Shown here in pieces: positions 15,816 through 26,680 of a DNA stretch of 64,000 nucleotides. Numbering within the stretch: position 1 is the stretch's first letter; every line of letters begins with the position of its first letter. The notes beneath the pieces are model-generated. The model was not told the DNA's origin, ran no database searches, and saw only the letters and a program-made list of their open reading frames with translations. The position numbers and the translations under genes are program-made. The stretch is from positions 1 through 64,000 of IMG/VR virus record IMGVR_UViG_3300042923_000474; one strand, written 5' to 3'.

Positions 15816-17921
15816 ATGCCCCGTTCAAAGGCCAATCAACTGCATCCTGAGTTTCTCTCGACGCAGAACCTGAATCCTTTTGTGGGCAATGACTCGGCTT
15901 CGCGTAAACAGATGATGGCGGGCAACATGCCCCAAGCGTTGTCTCTGCTTAATCCAACTCGTCGGATACTGATGACGGGTATGGAACCTGAGTACGCGAA
16001 ATACGTGTTCAAGATTGAAATGCCGTGCGATGCGTACGTCATTGATGTCATTGACCGAGTCACTGCCAGTAATGTCAAAGGAGCCCTCAAACGCAACCCT
16101 GAGACCGTGGTGGTCTACGAGGATATTCAGAGCGGTGAAGTTGGGGTGATGTACATCCCAGAGTACCTGTCGTTCCATAAGCGGTTCGGCTTCGAGTTGG
16201 TCAAGGTTCCAGAAGCCATGGCGTTACTCGTGCCAGGGAACGGCGTCCCTAAAGGTACTGTGTTTGCACAACCTGCTACTGTAACACCGGAAGGTGAGTA
16301 CATGTACGGGCGGGAGCTGTCCTGCGTTTGGGCTACACTGCCAGGCGTAATTGAAGACGGCGGCATTATCGGTGAGACCGCTGCACGCAACATGTCCACT
16401 TACATGTACGAAGAACGTTCTGCGTCCTTCGGTAAGTCTGAGTATCCGCTCAACTTGTTCGGTGACGACGAGACGTATCGGATGTGCCCAGACGTAGGCG
16501 GGATTGTCGGGGACGATGGTGTCCTCATGGCATTCCGTCGCAAGCGCGAGATGATGGGATCGGTTGAAATGACCCCAGAGCGCCTGCGCAAGATCGACCG
16601 TATCTCTGATCGTCAGATCAAGGTACCGCCAGGATCTGAGGTTGTGAACATCACAGTCCAACACGATTCTGAAGCACGGGTGAACAACACGCCATTCGGC
16701 ATGGAATACACACCGAGCCGTTATGACGACGCTCAGCGCCGTTACTATCAGCGGATCATCGCCAAGTATCGTGAGCTGGAAAACTCCCGTCCAGGAGAAC
16801 AGCTGGTACTGTCGCGTGAGTTCCACCGTCTGGTAGTGGAAGCACTGGTTTACATCAACCCGTATCACAAGGGCGGTCGTAAGCTGTGCTACCGGAAAGT
16901 TGAACTGGATGATTGGCGCATCACTGTTACGGTACGCAAAGAAATCCGTGCGGGCATGGGTATTAAAATCACCTGTACTCACGGCGGTAAGGGCGTAATC
17001 GTTAAGGTGATGAAAGACGAAGATATGCCACGCGATAAGCATGGTCGTATCATCGATCTGGTCATGGACCCGATGTCACTCACCAAACGGATGAACATGG
17101 GTCGAGTAATCGAACCACGGATCAGTTCGGTGTGCATGGAGTACACACGCTTGTTGCGTGAAGCTCTGGGTCTGCGCGATGAGTTCACCCAGTACAACGT
17201 GGCCGAAGCGATTGTGCGTAAGCGTGGTGAGCTGCACACGGAGTTCTTCGATAAGTTCATGAGCTTCTATGAGCTGATCTCTCCGCGCATGGCTAAAGGT
17301 ATCCGCGACTACGAAGGCTTCAGTATTGAAGGCCATCTGGCCACAGTAGCTGCACACGGTATGCAACTCTGGCTACCTACCGATAACCCGGTGGTGTACT
17401 CGGACATCCTGCCACGTCTGCGTGCAGAGCATCCGTGCAACTATAGTCAGATCACGTGGCGCACTGGCAAAGGTAAAGTGGTCACCAGCCGCAAAGAAAT
17501 GGTTGTGGGTTCCATTTACACGATCATGCTGGAGAAGATTGCCCGAGACATGGCTGCCGTATCCTCGGCGAAGCTACAGATCAACGGCGTGCCTTCCCGG
17601 ATTGCGAACAACGATCGCTACAGCAGCCACATCCGCATGCAGCCAATGCGTTTTGCGGGTGAGACTGAAGTGCGGTTGATGCTGATGGCTATCGGTGGGA
17701 TGGCGACACGGGATCTGTTGGAACAAACCAACAACCCAGACTCGCATGCAATCGTGTACGAGAGTATCGTGCTGGCTGACTTCCCAACCAACCTGCCAGA
17801 AGCCATTCCGCGGGATAAGTTCCCTGCTAACGGCCACCGGATTGCCAAGCAGATCAAAGACCTTCACATGTGTGCGGGGATTGGATTTAAGCTGGTACCT
17901 GATAACATTCCAACTGAGTGA
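15816..17921 (+). CDS. rpoB: Non-virion RNA polymerase beta C-terminal subunit (phiKZ gp71-73-like), uninterrupted
   Basis: RpoB-type motifs DSASRKQMMAGNMPQA, THGGKGVIVKVMKDEDMP, DPMSLTKRMNMG and QPMRFAGETE. Confidence 0.93.
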   Translation: MPRSKANQLHPEFLSTQNLNPFVGNDSASRKQMMAGNMPQALSLLNPTRRILMTGMEPEYAKYVFKIEMPCDAYVIDVIDRVTASNVKGALKRNPETVVVYEDIQSGEVGVMYIPEYLSFHKRFGFELVKVPEAMALLVPGNGVPKGTVFAQPATVTPEGEYMYGRELSCVWATLPGVIEDGGIIGETAARNMSTYMYEERSASFGKSEYPLNLFGDDETYRMCPDVGGIVGDDGVLMAFRRKREMMGSVEMTPERLRKIDRISDRQIKVPPGSEVVNITVQHDSEARVNNTPFGMEYTPSRYDDAQRRYYQRIIAKYRELENSRPGEQLVLSREFHRLVVEALVYINPYHKGGRKLCYRKVELDDWRITVTVRKEIRAGMGIKITCTHGGKGVIVKVMKDEDMPRDKHGRIIDLVMDPMSLTKRMNMGRVIEPRISSVCMEYTRLLREALGLRDEFTQYNVAEAIVRKRGELHTEFFDKFMSFYELISPRMAKGIRDYEGFSIEGHLATVAAHGMQLWLPTDNPVVYSDILPRLRAEHPCNYSQITWRTGKGKVVTSRKEMVVGSIYTIMLEKIARDMAAVSSAKLQINGVPSRIANNDRYSSHIRMQPMRFAGETEVRLMLMAIGGMATRDLLEQTNNPDSHAIVYESIVLADFPTNLPEAIPRDKFPANGHRIAKQIKDLHMCAGIGFKLVPDNIPTE

Positions 17922-19918
17922 GCCCCATGTCACTGATCGTTATCAATGGACGCGAGCTGCTTGGCATGCGTCCCGAACGTGTCAATGAATGGCTCATGGC
18001 TAAAGGCCTGGCAGAAGACGCAAAAGTTCTGCTGGAGCTGGACGACGGCCAACATGAGTCATCGGTTCAGCGGGTGGTTTATTCAACCTTCTGCTGGAAC
18101 TTTCAACGCATCTGGAAGAAGACTGCGCTCTGCGCCCGTCATGCGTTACTTCCACCTGCGCGCATTACCAGCAACAGCCATCTGCGGCTGATGGAGCACA
18201 GCTACTGGGATACCTTCGACACCTACCTTGAGGCGGGCGAAGAGCTGGACCTGGAATACCTGGACCTCATCGGCTGTAAGTCCGCCAACGCCATCTACAA
18301 CTACGCGGTCGATGAACTGCAAGAGTGGGTCGAAACGCTGTCGCTCGACGACTACTCCGACGTTGTAGAGTCTCCAGAGATCAAACACGCTCTGGATACC
18401 GTAGAGCCCAACCGTCGTTCCGTGGCAGAGTGTCACGACAACATCGGTCGCCTACTGATGACGTCGCCGGACCTGGAAAAGAATACGCTGTCGGAGTTCT
18501 GCCGATCGCGATTCATCATGAACGGTCAGGTGTTGCAGTGCATCGGTCCAAAGGGTTATCCCACAGAGATCAGTTCGGGTTACTTCCGTCATCCGATTCT
18601 GAACTCATTCTTGACGGGTCTGAACACGCTGTACGAAAGTGCGGCCGAGTCTCGCTCTGCTACTAAGGCGATGTACTACTCGAAAGACCACGTTGAGAAG
18701 GGTGAATACTTCCAGCGTAAGATGCAGCTGGGCGCGTTCCCTGTGGCACGGTTGTTCAAGGGTGACTGCGGTTCTACCAAGTACCTGCAGATCACGATGA
18801 GCGAAGAGCTGCTTTATGCGTTTGCCGGTAAGTACCGACTGACGAAAGAAGGCAAGCTTGTAGCCATCTGGAAGAACAGCCGTGAATTGATCGGTGAAAC
18901 GATTCTGCTGCGCTCCTCCATCCACTGTCAGCGCTTCCATGAGCACGGCGTGTGTCAGACCTGCTTCGGCTATCTGGGACATTCTATTGTTCGTGGTTCC
19001 AACCTCGGCCATGTATCCTCGTCTGAGCTTTGCAAGGACGCCTCTCAGGCGCTTCTGGCAGTTAAGCATAGCGATGCTACCGTGGACATCGCAGACATCG
19101 CCCTGGGCGATCTGGAGCAGCTCTACCTCACACCATCGGCAGACGAAGAGGCTGCAGACCTACGGTTGTTGTATAACTCGGGTCTGAAGGATCTCCGGCT
19201 GGCTGTCGATGAACGCTACGTGCGTAACTTGCACGACGTGAAGGTAGTGGACGATCTGTCCAAGCTGACCCTGTCGAACACCACCAGCCTGTATTCGCTA
19301 CAGCTGTGGTACACCGATGAGGATGGCTTTGAGCAGGTGCAGCGTTTGACGGTAGCCAACGGTTCTCGTCAGGCGTCGTTTACTCTGCCCATGCTGGAGT
19401 ACATCCGCAAAGCGGGTTGGACCATCGTCGAGGGGATGGTGGTAATTGACATGAAAGAATGGGAATACGATGACAGCCTGTTGTCGCTCCCAGTGCAGCA
19501 TGCCAACATGTTGGAGTACATCAACGACGTAGAAACCTTCACGCGCTCCAGTGGTAAAGGTAGCGGTGACGGCGCACGCGATCGTCTGGTGAACTACGAG
19601 ACTCTCGATGAGGGTCTACTGATGATGAACAAGATGGTGTCGTCGAAACTCAACGTCAACATCGCTCACCAGGAAATCGTTATCTCCTGCATGACCGCCA
19701 TCAGTGAAACTGACGCGCGCTTCCCGCGCATGCCGTCTGAAGGTACGATCCGTCCGTATGAGGATCTGATTCGTGATCGATCCCTAGCCGGGACTCTTTC
19801 TTACGAACATTTGGAGCGTATCTATGGAAACCCACGCACCTATTTGAATATGAACAGGTGCTATCATCCGATGGATGCGCTGCATGCCGATCTTCCAGAA
19901 GGCGTGACGGTGCTGTAA
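17918..19918 (+). CDS. rpoC: Non-virion RNA polymerase beta' C-terminal subunit (phiKZ gp74-like)
   Basis: QCIGPKG, bridge-helix-like ESRSATKAM...GEYFQRKM, DCGS and LRSSIHC...GVCQTCFG; coupled to the beta gene. Confidence 0.92.
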   Translation: MSPMSLIVINGRELLGMRPERVNEWLMAKGLAEDAKVLLELDDGQHESSVQRVVYSTFCWNFQRIWKKTALCARHALLPPARITSNSHLRLMEHSYWDTFDTYLEAGEELDLEYLDLIGCKSANAIYNYAVDELQEWVETLSLDDYSDVVESPEIKHALDTVEPNRRSVAECHDNIGRLLMTSPDLEKNTLSEFCRSRFIMNGQVLQCIGPKGYPTEISSGYFRHPILNSFLTGLNTLYESAAESRSATKAMYYSKDHVEKGEYFQRKMQLGAFPVARLFKGDCGSTKYLQITMSEELLYAFAGKYRLTKEGKLVAIWKNSRELIGETILLRSSIHCQRFHEHGVCQTCFGYLGHSIVRGSNLGHVSSSELCKDASQALLAVKHSDATVDIADIALGDLEQLYLTPSADEEAADLRLLYNSGLKDLRLAVDERYVRNLHDVKVVDDLSKLTLSNTTSLYSLQLWYTDEDGFEQVQRLTVANGSRQASFTLPMLEYIRKAGWTIVEGMVVIDMKEWEYDDSLLSLPVQHANMLEYINDVETFTRSSGKGSGDGARDRLVNYETLDEGLLMMNKMVSSKLNVNIAHQEIVISCMTAISETDARFPRMPSEGTIRPYEDLIRDRSLAGTLSYEHLERIYGNPRTYLNMNRCYHPMDALHADLPEGVTVL

Positions 19919-19928
19919 CAGGTAAAGG

Positions 19929-19950
19929 CTGCCCCTCTTCGGAGGGGTAG
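19929..19950 (+). terminator. Hairpin/terminator
   Basis: CTGCCCCTC-TTCG-GAGGGGTAG. Confidence 0.65.
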
Positions 19951-19983
19951 TGCTCCCTGTAATTTTTTGTATGGGGGAGTCCG

Positions 19984-21504
19984 ATGCGGATTGACGTTTA
20001 CTCGCACGGGTACACAGTAAGTAAGTTGACACGCGCAGCCCTTACTGGCATCTCAAGGCTTTGCCGCTTCCTCGGACATTTTGAACTGCAGCCCAACGAA
20101 GTCGGTCGCTATGAGCAAAAGCAAACAGCGACTTACGCCGGTGGTTATGCAAACAGGGAGCTGTTCTGTTTTCACAAAGGCACGCTTGATCGCTTTCTGG
20201 CAATCATCCGTGACATTGATGCAAGCATTAAGCCTGAGATTGTCACCCACGAGTTGTGGGATTCTGTACCTGTAGAGATGAAGCTTAAAGACCTTCGAGA
20301 TCCTCGTTGGGGTCAGCCTGGTGCAATTCGCCATGCGATCGCTGAAGGGGAAATCAAGGCAGTCTGCCTAGGCCCTGGCCGCGGTAAGACGTTTGTGTTC
20401 AACCGAGTTACCCACCACTTCCAACGACGTGTGTGTATGGTCATTCGGGCGAACTATGTAGACAAATGGGAAGAGGATATCGGGGAAGCCCACGAGTGCG
20501 AGGATGGTGACATTCTCAAAGTCAAAGGTGGCAAGGACCTTATGGCCCTGATGCATGCGGCACTAGCGGGAACGCTGACAGCCAAGTACATCCTGATCTC
20601 TAACTCTACCTACCGCAATTACCTCAAGTTGTGGGAGATGGCGAGTGGTGACCTGAAAGACAAAGGGTTCCCTCTAAGTCCTCATGAAGTGATGGGTGCG
20701 TTGGGCGTAGAGATTCTGGGCATCGACGAGGTGCACCAGGACTTCCACTTCAACCACCGCCTGATCATCTACAGCCACGTTCCAAAGATCTTGACGCTGT
20801 CGGGTACACTGGACCCAGATAACTCGTTCAAGAACGATGTGACGAAGCTGACGTTCCCGTTAGAAACCCGCTTCATTGAGCCACCGCCTCCACCTTATCT
20901 GCGCTGCAAGGCTCTCCAGTTCTCGCTGGCCAGTCCGCATCTGATCAAGTGGAAGCACCGTGGTCGTTCCGAGTATTCGCAGGCCGCTTTGGAAAAGAGC
21001 ATCCTGCATTACAAGAAGACTCTGGACAACTACAAGAACATGATCCTGGACATCGCGTCCATCAGCTTTATGCCCTTGTGGAAACCCGGCAGGAAACTGT
21101 TGGTCTTCGCAGGCACGAAGAAGATGTGTACGGTGTTGGCAGATGCGTTCGCCAAGAAATACCCGGACATGCAAGTTCGGCGATACATTGGTGAGGACCC
21201 GTATGTTCATTTGCGTGAGGGTGACATCATTGTCTCCACCACCAAGTCGTGCGGTACGGCTGTCGACATTCCAGGCTTGGCCATCTCTTTGATGACCGAG
21301 GCGGTCAACGATACACAGGCGAACTTGCAGCACATTAAACGTCTGCGAGAACCGCCACCAGGACCGGATTACTTTACGCCCGAGTTTCTGTATTTCTTGT
21401 GCGTGAACATTCCACAACACATGAATTACCACAAACGCAAGACAGAGATCTTTGCGAAAGAGGTGATTTCCCATGAACTCTTATTAACGGATTACGTGAT
21501 ATGA
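19984..21504 (+). CDS. Superfamily 2 (DExH) helicase (phiKZ gp75-like)
   Basis: Walker A GPGRGKT, DEVH, TLSGT, and motifs V/VI (GTAVDIPG, QHIKRLR). Confidence 0.9.
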   Translation: MRIDVYSHGYTVSKLTRAALTGISRLCRFLGHFELQPNEVGRYEQKQTATYAGGYANRELFCFHKGTLDRFLAIIRDIDASIKPEIVTHELWDSVPVEMKLKDLRDPRWGQPGAIRHAIAEGEIKAVCLGPGRGKTFVFNRVTHHFQRRVCMVIRANYVDKWEEDIGEAHECEDGDILKVKGGKDLMALMHAALAGTLTAKYILISNSTYRNYLKLWEMASGDLKDKGFPLSPHEVMGALGVEILGIDEVHQDFHFNHRLIIYSHVPKILTLSGTLDPDNSFKNDVTKLTFPLETRFIEPPPPPYLRCKALQFSLASPHLIKWKHRGRSEYSQAALEKSILHYKKTLDNYKNMILDIASISFMPLWKPGRKLLVFAGTKKMCTVLADAFAKKYPDMQVRRYIGEDPYVHLREGDIIVSTTKSCGTAVDIPGLAISLMTEAVNDTQANLQHIKRLREPPPGPDYFTPEFLYFLCVNIPQHMNYHKRKTEIFAKEVISHELLLTDYVI

Positions 21505-21860
21505 GCCGTGCAGTGATAACTCACAAAGGACCTGCCAAGGCCCACGACATCATGGCGTTGTTCATTCAGGACAACCCAGCCTTACTGCACTCGCACCTTG
21601 AGGGCATGACGGTAACCCTGCTGTCGGTGAACGGTAAACCTAACACCTTGGATGCTAAGATGGAGCCTCTGCCATCCTACCCACCCAAGACTGGCCAGGA
21701 AGACCGTACGGTTCATCATTACAACGGCGAAGGCCGACTGGTGCTGGCTGTAAAGCAAAGCCCTCAACGGGGCTCTGTCGCAGTTCACCCCATCGGCTCG
21801 GAGCTGGAATCCTCTGACCTTGAGTTCGAGGTGGTCGCACGTATCCGTCAGGCAAACTAG
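21501..21860 (+). CDS. Hypothetical protein
   Basis: ATGA coupling to the helicase gene. Confidence 0.7.
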   Translation: MSRAVITHKGPAKAHDIMALFIQDNPALLHSHLEGMTVTLLSVNGKPNTLDAKMEPLPSYPPKTGQEDRTVHHYNGEGRLVLAVKQSPQRGSVAVHPIGSELESSDLEFEVVARIRQAN

Positions 21861-21862
21861 TC

Positions 21863-22141
21863 ATGACGATCTTTGTAAAACCCGCCTCTCTGTATGAGGT
21901 GGGCAGCAGTGGTGACCGGGTGTATACACCCGGCATTGCCTTTGAATTCGAGCAGTACAATGGAGTTGAAGAGATTCAGTTTGGTATCCACCACCGCCAC
22001 TGCAAGGTAGGCACCTGGGCTTATAACTCCCGGACTGGTGTCACCACCCTGACCTTCATCGAAGACTTCCTCAAGCGTGACTGGTTGGTTGAAACCAATT
22101 CAACCTTTCACACCGACACAGTAAGGAACTACACCCTGTGA
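21863..22141 (+). CDS. Hypothetical protein
   Basis: Tight operon spacing. Confidence 0.7.
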   Translation: MTIFVKPASLYEVGSSGDRVYTPGIAFEFEQYNGVEEIQFGIHHRHCKVGTWAYNSRTGVTTLTFIEDFLKRDWLVETNSTFHTDTVRNYTL

Positions 22142-22941
22142 ACAAGCCTTATCAATCCGCTCCCCTTTCCGAATCCCACCTGCGCCTCGGCCTGTTGCTG
22201 GACTTCGCGAACAACGTGAACCGTGGCCTGGACCGCAAAGAGATGAACCCAATGGGTAGCCTCTATGTGTTCGACGACCACAGCGAAATCCGCACCCCAA
22301 CCGTCGTGCCTGAAAACTGGCCACATGGTTTGATCCGCGTATATCGTGAGCAGAAGACCCAAGGCTTCGAGCCAGAATTCGTGTTGCACCAGTTCGACCC
22401 TGCCATGCAAACCGTCGCCTTCGACGCCAAGCGTTCCGGTGGTCTGGACCAGCAAGGCATTCGCTTCATCACCCAGACTGGTTGGCACGGCCTGGACGCT
22501 CACTATCTGGTCATGCCAGAATTCGAGCAGCTCTCCTTCATTCCCCTGATCGGCACTCACACCGACTCCGTGGAATCCATCCTGGACCAATCGAAGCTCG
22601 GCGGCTATGATCGCAAGATCGTACGCATGACTTACGAAGAAGCCATGATCAAGGAAGCGTACGACAGCGAAGACGATCTGGAACTGTATCGCGGCGTACC
22701 GCATACCTACCACAACTGGATCATGCTCAACGCACTGATCGTGGCGAAGATCGTTACCCTGCGTGCCATTGCACTGGCTGAAGCTGGTGAGAATGCGTTC
22801 CGTGAAACAGTCGAGCGCGACAGTGTTACCGGTGCACCACTGCCGGTCGACGTATCGGGTGAAGCCGATCTGGTCGACCCAGAGCCGATCGTGATCGAGC
22901 AGCCTTTCATCCCTGAAGCAGTCGAAGACGAAAAGCCGTAA
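22138..22941 (+). CDS. Hypothetical protein with acidic C-tail
   Basis: AAGGA SD and GTG start; strong codon bias; followed by a terminator. Confidence 0.8.
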   Translation: MNKPYQSAPLSESHLRLGLLLDFANNVNRGLDRKEMNPMGSLYVFDDHSEIRTPTVVPENWPHGLIRVYREQKTQGFEPEFVLHQFDPAMQTVAFDAKRSGGLDQQGIRFITQTGWHGLDAHYLVMPEFEQLSFIPLIGTHTDSVESILDQSKLGGYDRKIVRMTYEEAMIKEAYDSEDDLELYRGVPHTYHNWIMLNALIVAKIVTLRAIALAEAGENAFRETVERDSVTGAPLPVDVSGEADLVDPEPIVIEQPFIPEAVEDEKP

Positions 22942-22999
22942 CGGCATAGCCCCCTCTCCCTCACGGGAGAGGGGGTTTGACTCTATGCTCTTTTTTTTT
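22942..22999. terminator. Bidirectional terminator
   Basis: CGGCATA + GCCCCCTCTCCC-TCAC-GGGAGAGGGGGT + CTATGC + T9. Confidence 0.85.
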
Positions 23000-23002
23000 G
23001 TT

Positions 23003-23488
23003 TCAAGGCGCGTGGTAAAAGCCCTTGAGACGTTCAACTTGCATCTCGTCGTTCACGCAGCGGTGGATGCGGTTCCAGTCGTAACGGGACACAGCCACCG
23101 AGCGCGATTGCGGGTCGCAGGTTTGGGCCATCATGTGCAGAACGCGTTCGAGGAAGTTGCGGTCCATGACAGCCACAGCCTTCATCTTGTCCTGCCAGCG
23201 GTTACGGAAACGCATGTGCATGCAACCGTCGCGGTTCTTGTACACCCACTGCAGCAGCGAATCCCAGGCCGTGTTGAAGTCCTGGCCTTCCAGACGCATG
23301 ACCATCTTGATGTGACGCAGCAGTTTGGTTTGCTGTTCCACACCTTCTTCTTCGCTGGTCGCACGCTTGGGGCTCATGATCTCTTCGTACTGCTTGAGAA
23401 TCCCCGAGACCGTTTCCATCGTGATGGTCAGTTTGGATTTGATCGGTACAACAGCGGCGGCTTGTTTAGCCAATACTTCTTCGCCCAT
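23003..23488 (-). CDS. Conserved hypothetical protein downstream of vRNAP beta'
   Basis: AGGAG SD before ATG 23488 (MGEEVLAKQ...). Confidence 0.75.
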   Translation of the reverse strand: MGEEVLAKQAAAVVPIKSKLTITMETVSGILKQYEEIMSPKRATSEEEGVEQQTKLLRHIKMVMRLEGQDFNTAWDSLLQWVYKNRDGCMHMRFRNRWQDKMKAVAVMDRNFLERVLHMMAQTCDPQSRSVAVSRYDWNRIHRCVNDEMQVERLKGFYHAP

Positions 23489-23501
23489 TGCAAGGCTCCT
23501 T

Positions 23502-24785
23502 TTAAGTGAAGTGACGCGATGGTTCAAAACGGGTGGTCTTCAAGGCAGTGCCGTGAGCCTTACCCATGAAGATGTAGAGCATCATCGATCCCATGTCCGA
23601 CGCCTGCCCACCCAGAGAGTTCGGGAAGCGTGCGTTCATGTCACCCATGCAGCGAGCACAGTAACCAGCACCTTCAGTGCGGCAACGTTGAGGGCTACGC
23701 AACAGGACAACCTTGTTCACGTACCGAGAGATGTTCTCCTTGGTCAGCGCAACGGTCTTGCCTTGTTCGATGATGTAGTAGCCAACATAACGATCTGCTT
23801 TGTTGGCATTGATCAGGCGACGAATACCGAGGATAGCTCCGCAGTCTTCTTCGGTGATCGCATGGTTCTGGAATACCCGGATCAGGTACTGTACAGCCTC
23901 ACCCCCGAGTGCAGTCTGTGCACCCCGGTTAAAGGAACCCTCACGCAGACTGTTGGCATAGTCAGGGAGGTTCTGAAGGTTGAGGCCTTCATCCAGAGAC
24001 GTGGGGATCAGGGTTACAGATGTACCGTCACCGAAAGCCGACTCCTCACCGTGCATGAGCAATGTCTTCATGCGAACGATGTCAAAGTTCTTCTTACCGA
24101 TGAGGTAGTCTTCCGAGTCATCCCCCTTGATCCATTCACGGTCAAGTTTGGACAGCTCACCCTTGATGATCGAAATCGTGGCCGGGTCGTGCAGACGATC
24201 CTTGTACTGCTCCAGCAACTTGGCGCGCAGCTCACGGATCTTCGGATCAGTCACCAGAGACTTACGTGTGGTCCCCGGTGTAAAGATCTGAGTCATACCC
24301 GACAGAATGCAGGCACAGGCCTCGGTGTACTTGAGGTACTCCCAGACGTAGATCTTGGCTGGATCGTTCTGACTACGGTCGGCGGGATTACTCGTCAACC
24401 TCGCGGCAATGATCTTTTCGACGTTGCTGATGCGGATGGCTTCCGGGTTGAACGGGATCTTGCCGTTGAACGCGTAGACCACAACGACATGGTGCCATAG
24501 AACCCAAGCGTAAGGGGCTTGGCAATCTGCTTCGCAGCCAATGAAGTCACCTTTCTTCAAGTCCACCAGTTCACGCTTCTGGTAGAGAGGTTTGGTTGCG
24601 TCCGCTTCAAAGCGCAGCTTGGATTCGCCGATCTTGACAACCCACTGCTTATCTTCGATGTACGGCTCGAACTCACCACCCTCGCCACGGGTGACAGTAA
24701 AGGCACGGATGGACCAAGACAATCGCTTGTACAGGCCCAGCTCCATGCACTTGAGGAAGAACAGCTTCTTGTCAAGCGTTTCCAT
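23502..24785 (-). CDS. rpoC: Virion RNA polymerase beta' fragment (phiKZ gp80-like)
   Basis: REGSFNRGAQTALGGEAVQY, EDCG and the LRSPQRC...YCARCMG Zn motif; a second set of beta' C-region motifs in the window. Confidence 0.88.
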   Translation of the reverse strand: METLDKKLFFLKCMELGLYKRLSWSIRAFTVTRGEGGEFEPYIEDKQWVVKIGESKLRFEADATKPLYQKRELVDLKKGDFIGCEADCQAPYAWVLWHHVVVVYAFNGKIPFNPEAIRISNVEKIIAARLTSNPADRSQNDPAKIYVWEYLKYTEACACILSGMTQIFTPGTTRKSLVTDPKIRELRAKLLEQYKDRLHDPATISIIKGELSKLDREWIKGDDSEDYLIGKKNFDIVRMKTLLMHGEESAFGDGTSVTLIPTSLDEGLNLQNLPDYANSLREGSFNRGAQTALGGEAVQYLIRVFQNHAITEEDCGAILGIRRLINANKADRYVGYYIIEQGKTVALTKENISRYVNKVVLLRSPQRCRTEGAGYCARCMGDMNARFPNSLGGQASDMGSMMLYIFMGKAHGTALKTTRFEPSRHFT

Positions 24786-25614
24786 GACCCAGTACCTTTG
24801 TCAGAATCTTGGTGATCACACCCATGATGCGTTGACCCGCCAGACTGGAACCCAGCACCGGTTCAATCAAGTGGGCGGTTTCCTGAATCAGGTCATTGCG
24901 AGGCAGATCAGAGATCAATGCCATGCCCGCCACCTCAACGGCCATCTCCTCAGGCGGGATGCCTTGGAACCATGCGTCGTTGTTCAGGATCAGGGTGTTC
25001 ATTGACTGACCCAGTGCGGCACCATCACGGACGTAGGCCACCACCTTGGCGTCTGGGTACAGGGCGGCAAAGACGCGGAAGTCGCTCAGCGCACCCGAAG
25101 CCACCTTAGGCTCATCGAGGGTCAGCACAGGCTCAGACTTGAACGTACCATCCAGTTTGTTGATCAGGCTGTCCGATACGCTGACGATCCAGTCGATCAT
25201 GTGACCGTCATGGTTCTTACCGGCAGACTCAAACAACTCGATCAGGATGTCTTCATTACTGGCACCCATCTCCCGTACGTCTGTGCCTTCTGGATAGTCA
25301 GCAGGCGACACACCTTCAGGCGTATCCCACATGACCAAGAACTCCAAGAGGTCAGCGGTAACGCTCAAGGCTGAGGGTTCGAACTCGATCTCTACACCGA
25401 ACTGAGCATAAGCGGCAAGGATACCCTCGATCATCATGTTCTCGGCATTGCCAGCGATGACCTCAGGTTCAATGCCCTGTTCACCCAGGACGATGTGTTC
25501 GATGCGATCGGTATGACCGTTCATGCCAAACCGGTAAAGTAGGTTGATTGCATGCATCAATTCTACTACCCGATTGGGGTGGTAAACGGCGTTGAAGAAT
25601 TTCTCAAGGTCCAT
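24772..25614 (-). CDS. Conserved hypothetical protein
   Basis: Likely start ATG 25614 (MDLEKFFNAVY); overlaps the vRNAP gene start. Confidence 0.75.
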   Translation of the reverse strand: MDLEKFFNAVYHPNRVVELMHAINLLYRFGMNGHTDRIEHIVLGEQGIEPEVIAGNAENMMIEGILAAYAQFGVEIEFEPSALSVTADLLEFLVMWDTPEGVSPADYPEGTDVREMGASNEDILIELFESAGKNHDGHMIDWIVSVSDSLINKLDGTFKSEPVLTLDEPKVASGALSDFRVFAALYPDAKVVAYVRDGAALGQSMNTLILNNDAWFQGIPPEEMAVEVAGMALISDLPRNDLIQETAHLIEPVLGSSLAGQRIMGVITKILTKVLGHGNA

Positions 25615-25721
25615 GGGGCACCTGGAATGTGTTATATAGGAAGGGCGTCTACTAAGATATAGCGGCTGTAATGTTAACTTAATGAGCCCTATACGCACTC
25701 CATCAAAAGGAACAGTTCCAC

Positions 25722-26678
25722 ATGGCAAAAAACAAAGGCGGTTCTTTCGGCAGCCGCAAAGGCGTCCGCACTCCACCGGTGATGGTGCAAGGTAACACCA
25801 TGCGTTTCAGCAAAGATCCATCGCCATGGTTTGCCGACTTCGACTCTCTGGCGGCGCAGTGCACCTCACTGACCACCTCCCCCGGCATCCTGTTGAACTT
25901 CATCAACGATGCCGAACTGATGGCCAAGGTTGACCGCGACGCGCTCAACACCAGCATCCAGTCAATGAACGAGCTGATCCTCAAGGAAAAGACTCGTCTC
26001 AAGGGCCTGAAAGAAGAAACCCGTATCCTGCGTGAAGGTGCTCCGGCCGACGGCGATAAGCCTGCCCGTGAAGCAATCACCCGCATCACCCAGGACAACA
26101 CCATTCCACTGCTGGACCACGGCGAGCAGTTCCAACTGTTCATGAACGACTGGGTCAACGTGATCTACTTCGCTCTGGACGAATGCCTGCAACACTTCCG
26201 TGCCGCCGGCGCCGAGATCCCTGTCCTGTGCCCACGCAGCCCAGGCTTCTTCAAGACCGAAGGCACCATGACTGCCGACGAGTTGAAGAAGGCTCAAGAG
26301 ATCAGCCTCACCGAACTGCAACGCGACGAGCGTGATGCGCAGGAAGTGGTTGAGATCGTTCAGGCAATGGCCGGGCGCTTCAAGCGTAAGCACTACCGTC
26401 ACGTGGCCAAAGGTCTGGGCATCCCTGAAACGCACTTCGAAGCACTGGTCCAGGGCAATCACGCCCTGCTGACTTCCGCGCAGTTGAAAGACGTGCGTGC
26501 GAAGCTGGACGCGGCCATTGCCTCCGTGCCGAAAGATGATCTGCCAGTCGATGAGAAGGAGGCTGAAATCTCCGCGCGTCTGGCTCAGCCCAACCCAATC
26601 GACTCCAACGGTTACGCACGCGGCCAGCGTCCTGAAATCGTGCACATCGACGAAGCCCCCTTCATCAAAAGCGAGTAA
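25722..26678 (+). CDS. Hypothetical protein, probably highly expressed
   Basis: AAAGGA SD; strong codon bias. Confidence 0.8.
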   Translation: MAKNKGGSFGSRKGVRTPPVMVQGNTMRFSKDPSPWFADFDSLAAQCTSLTTSPGILLNFINDAELMAKVDRDALNTSIQSMNELILKEKTRLKGLKEETRILREGAPADGDKPAREAITRITQDNTIPLLDHGEQFQLFMNDWVNVIYFALDECLQHFRAAGAEIPVLCPRSPGFFKTEGTMTADELKKAQEISLTELQRDERDAQEVVEIVQAMAGRFKRKHYRHVAKGLGIPETHFEALVQGNHALLTSAQLKDVRAKLDAAIASVPKDDLPVDEKEAEISARLAQPNPIDSNGYARGQRPEIVHIDEAPFIKSE

Positions 26679-26680
26679 TC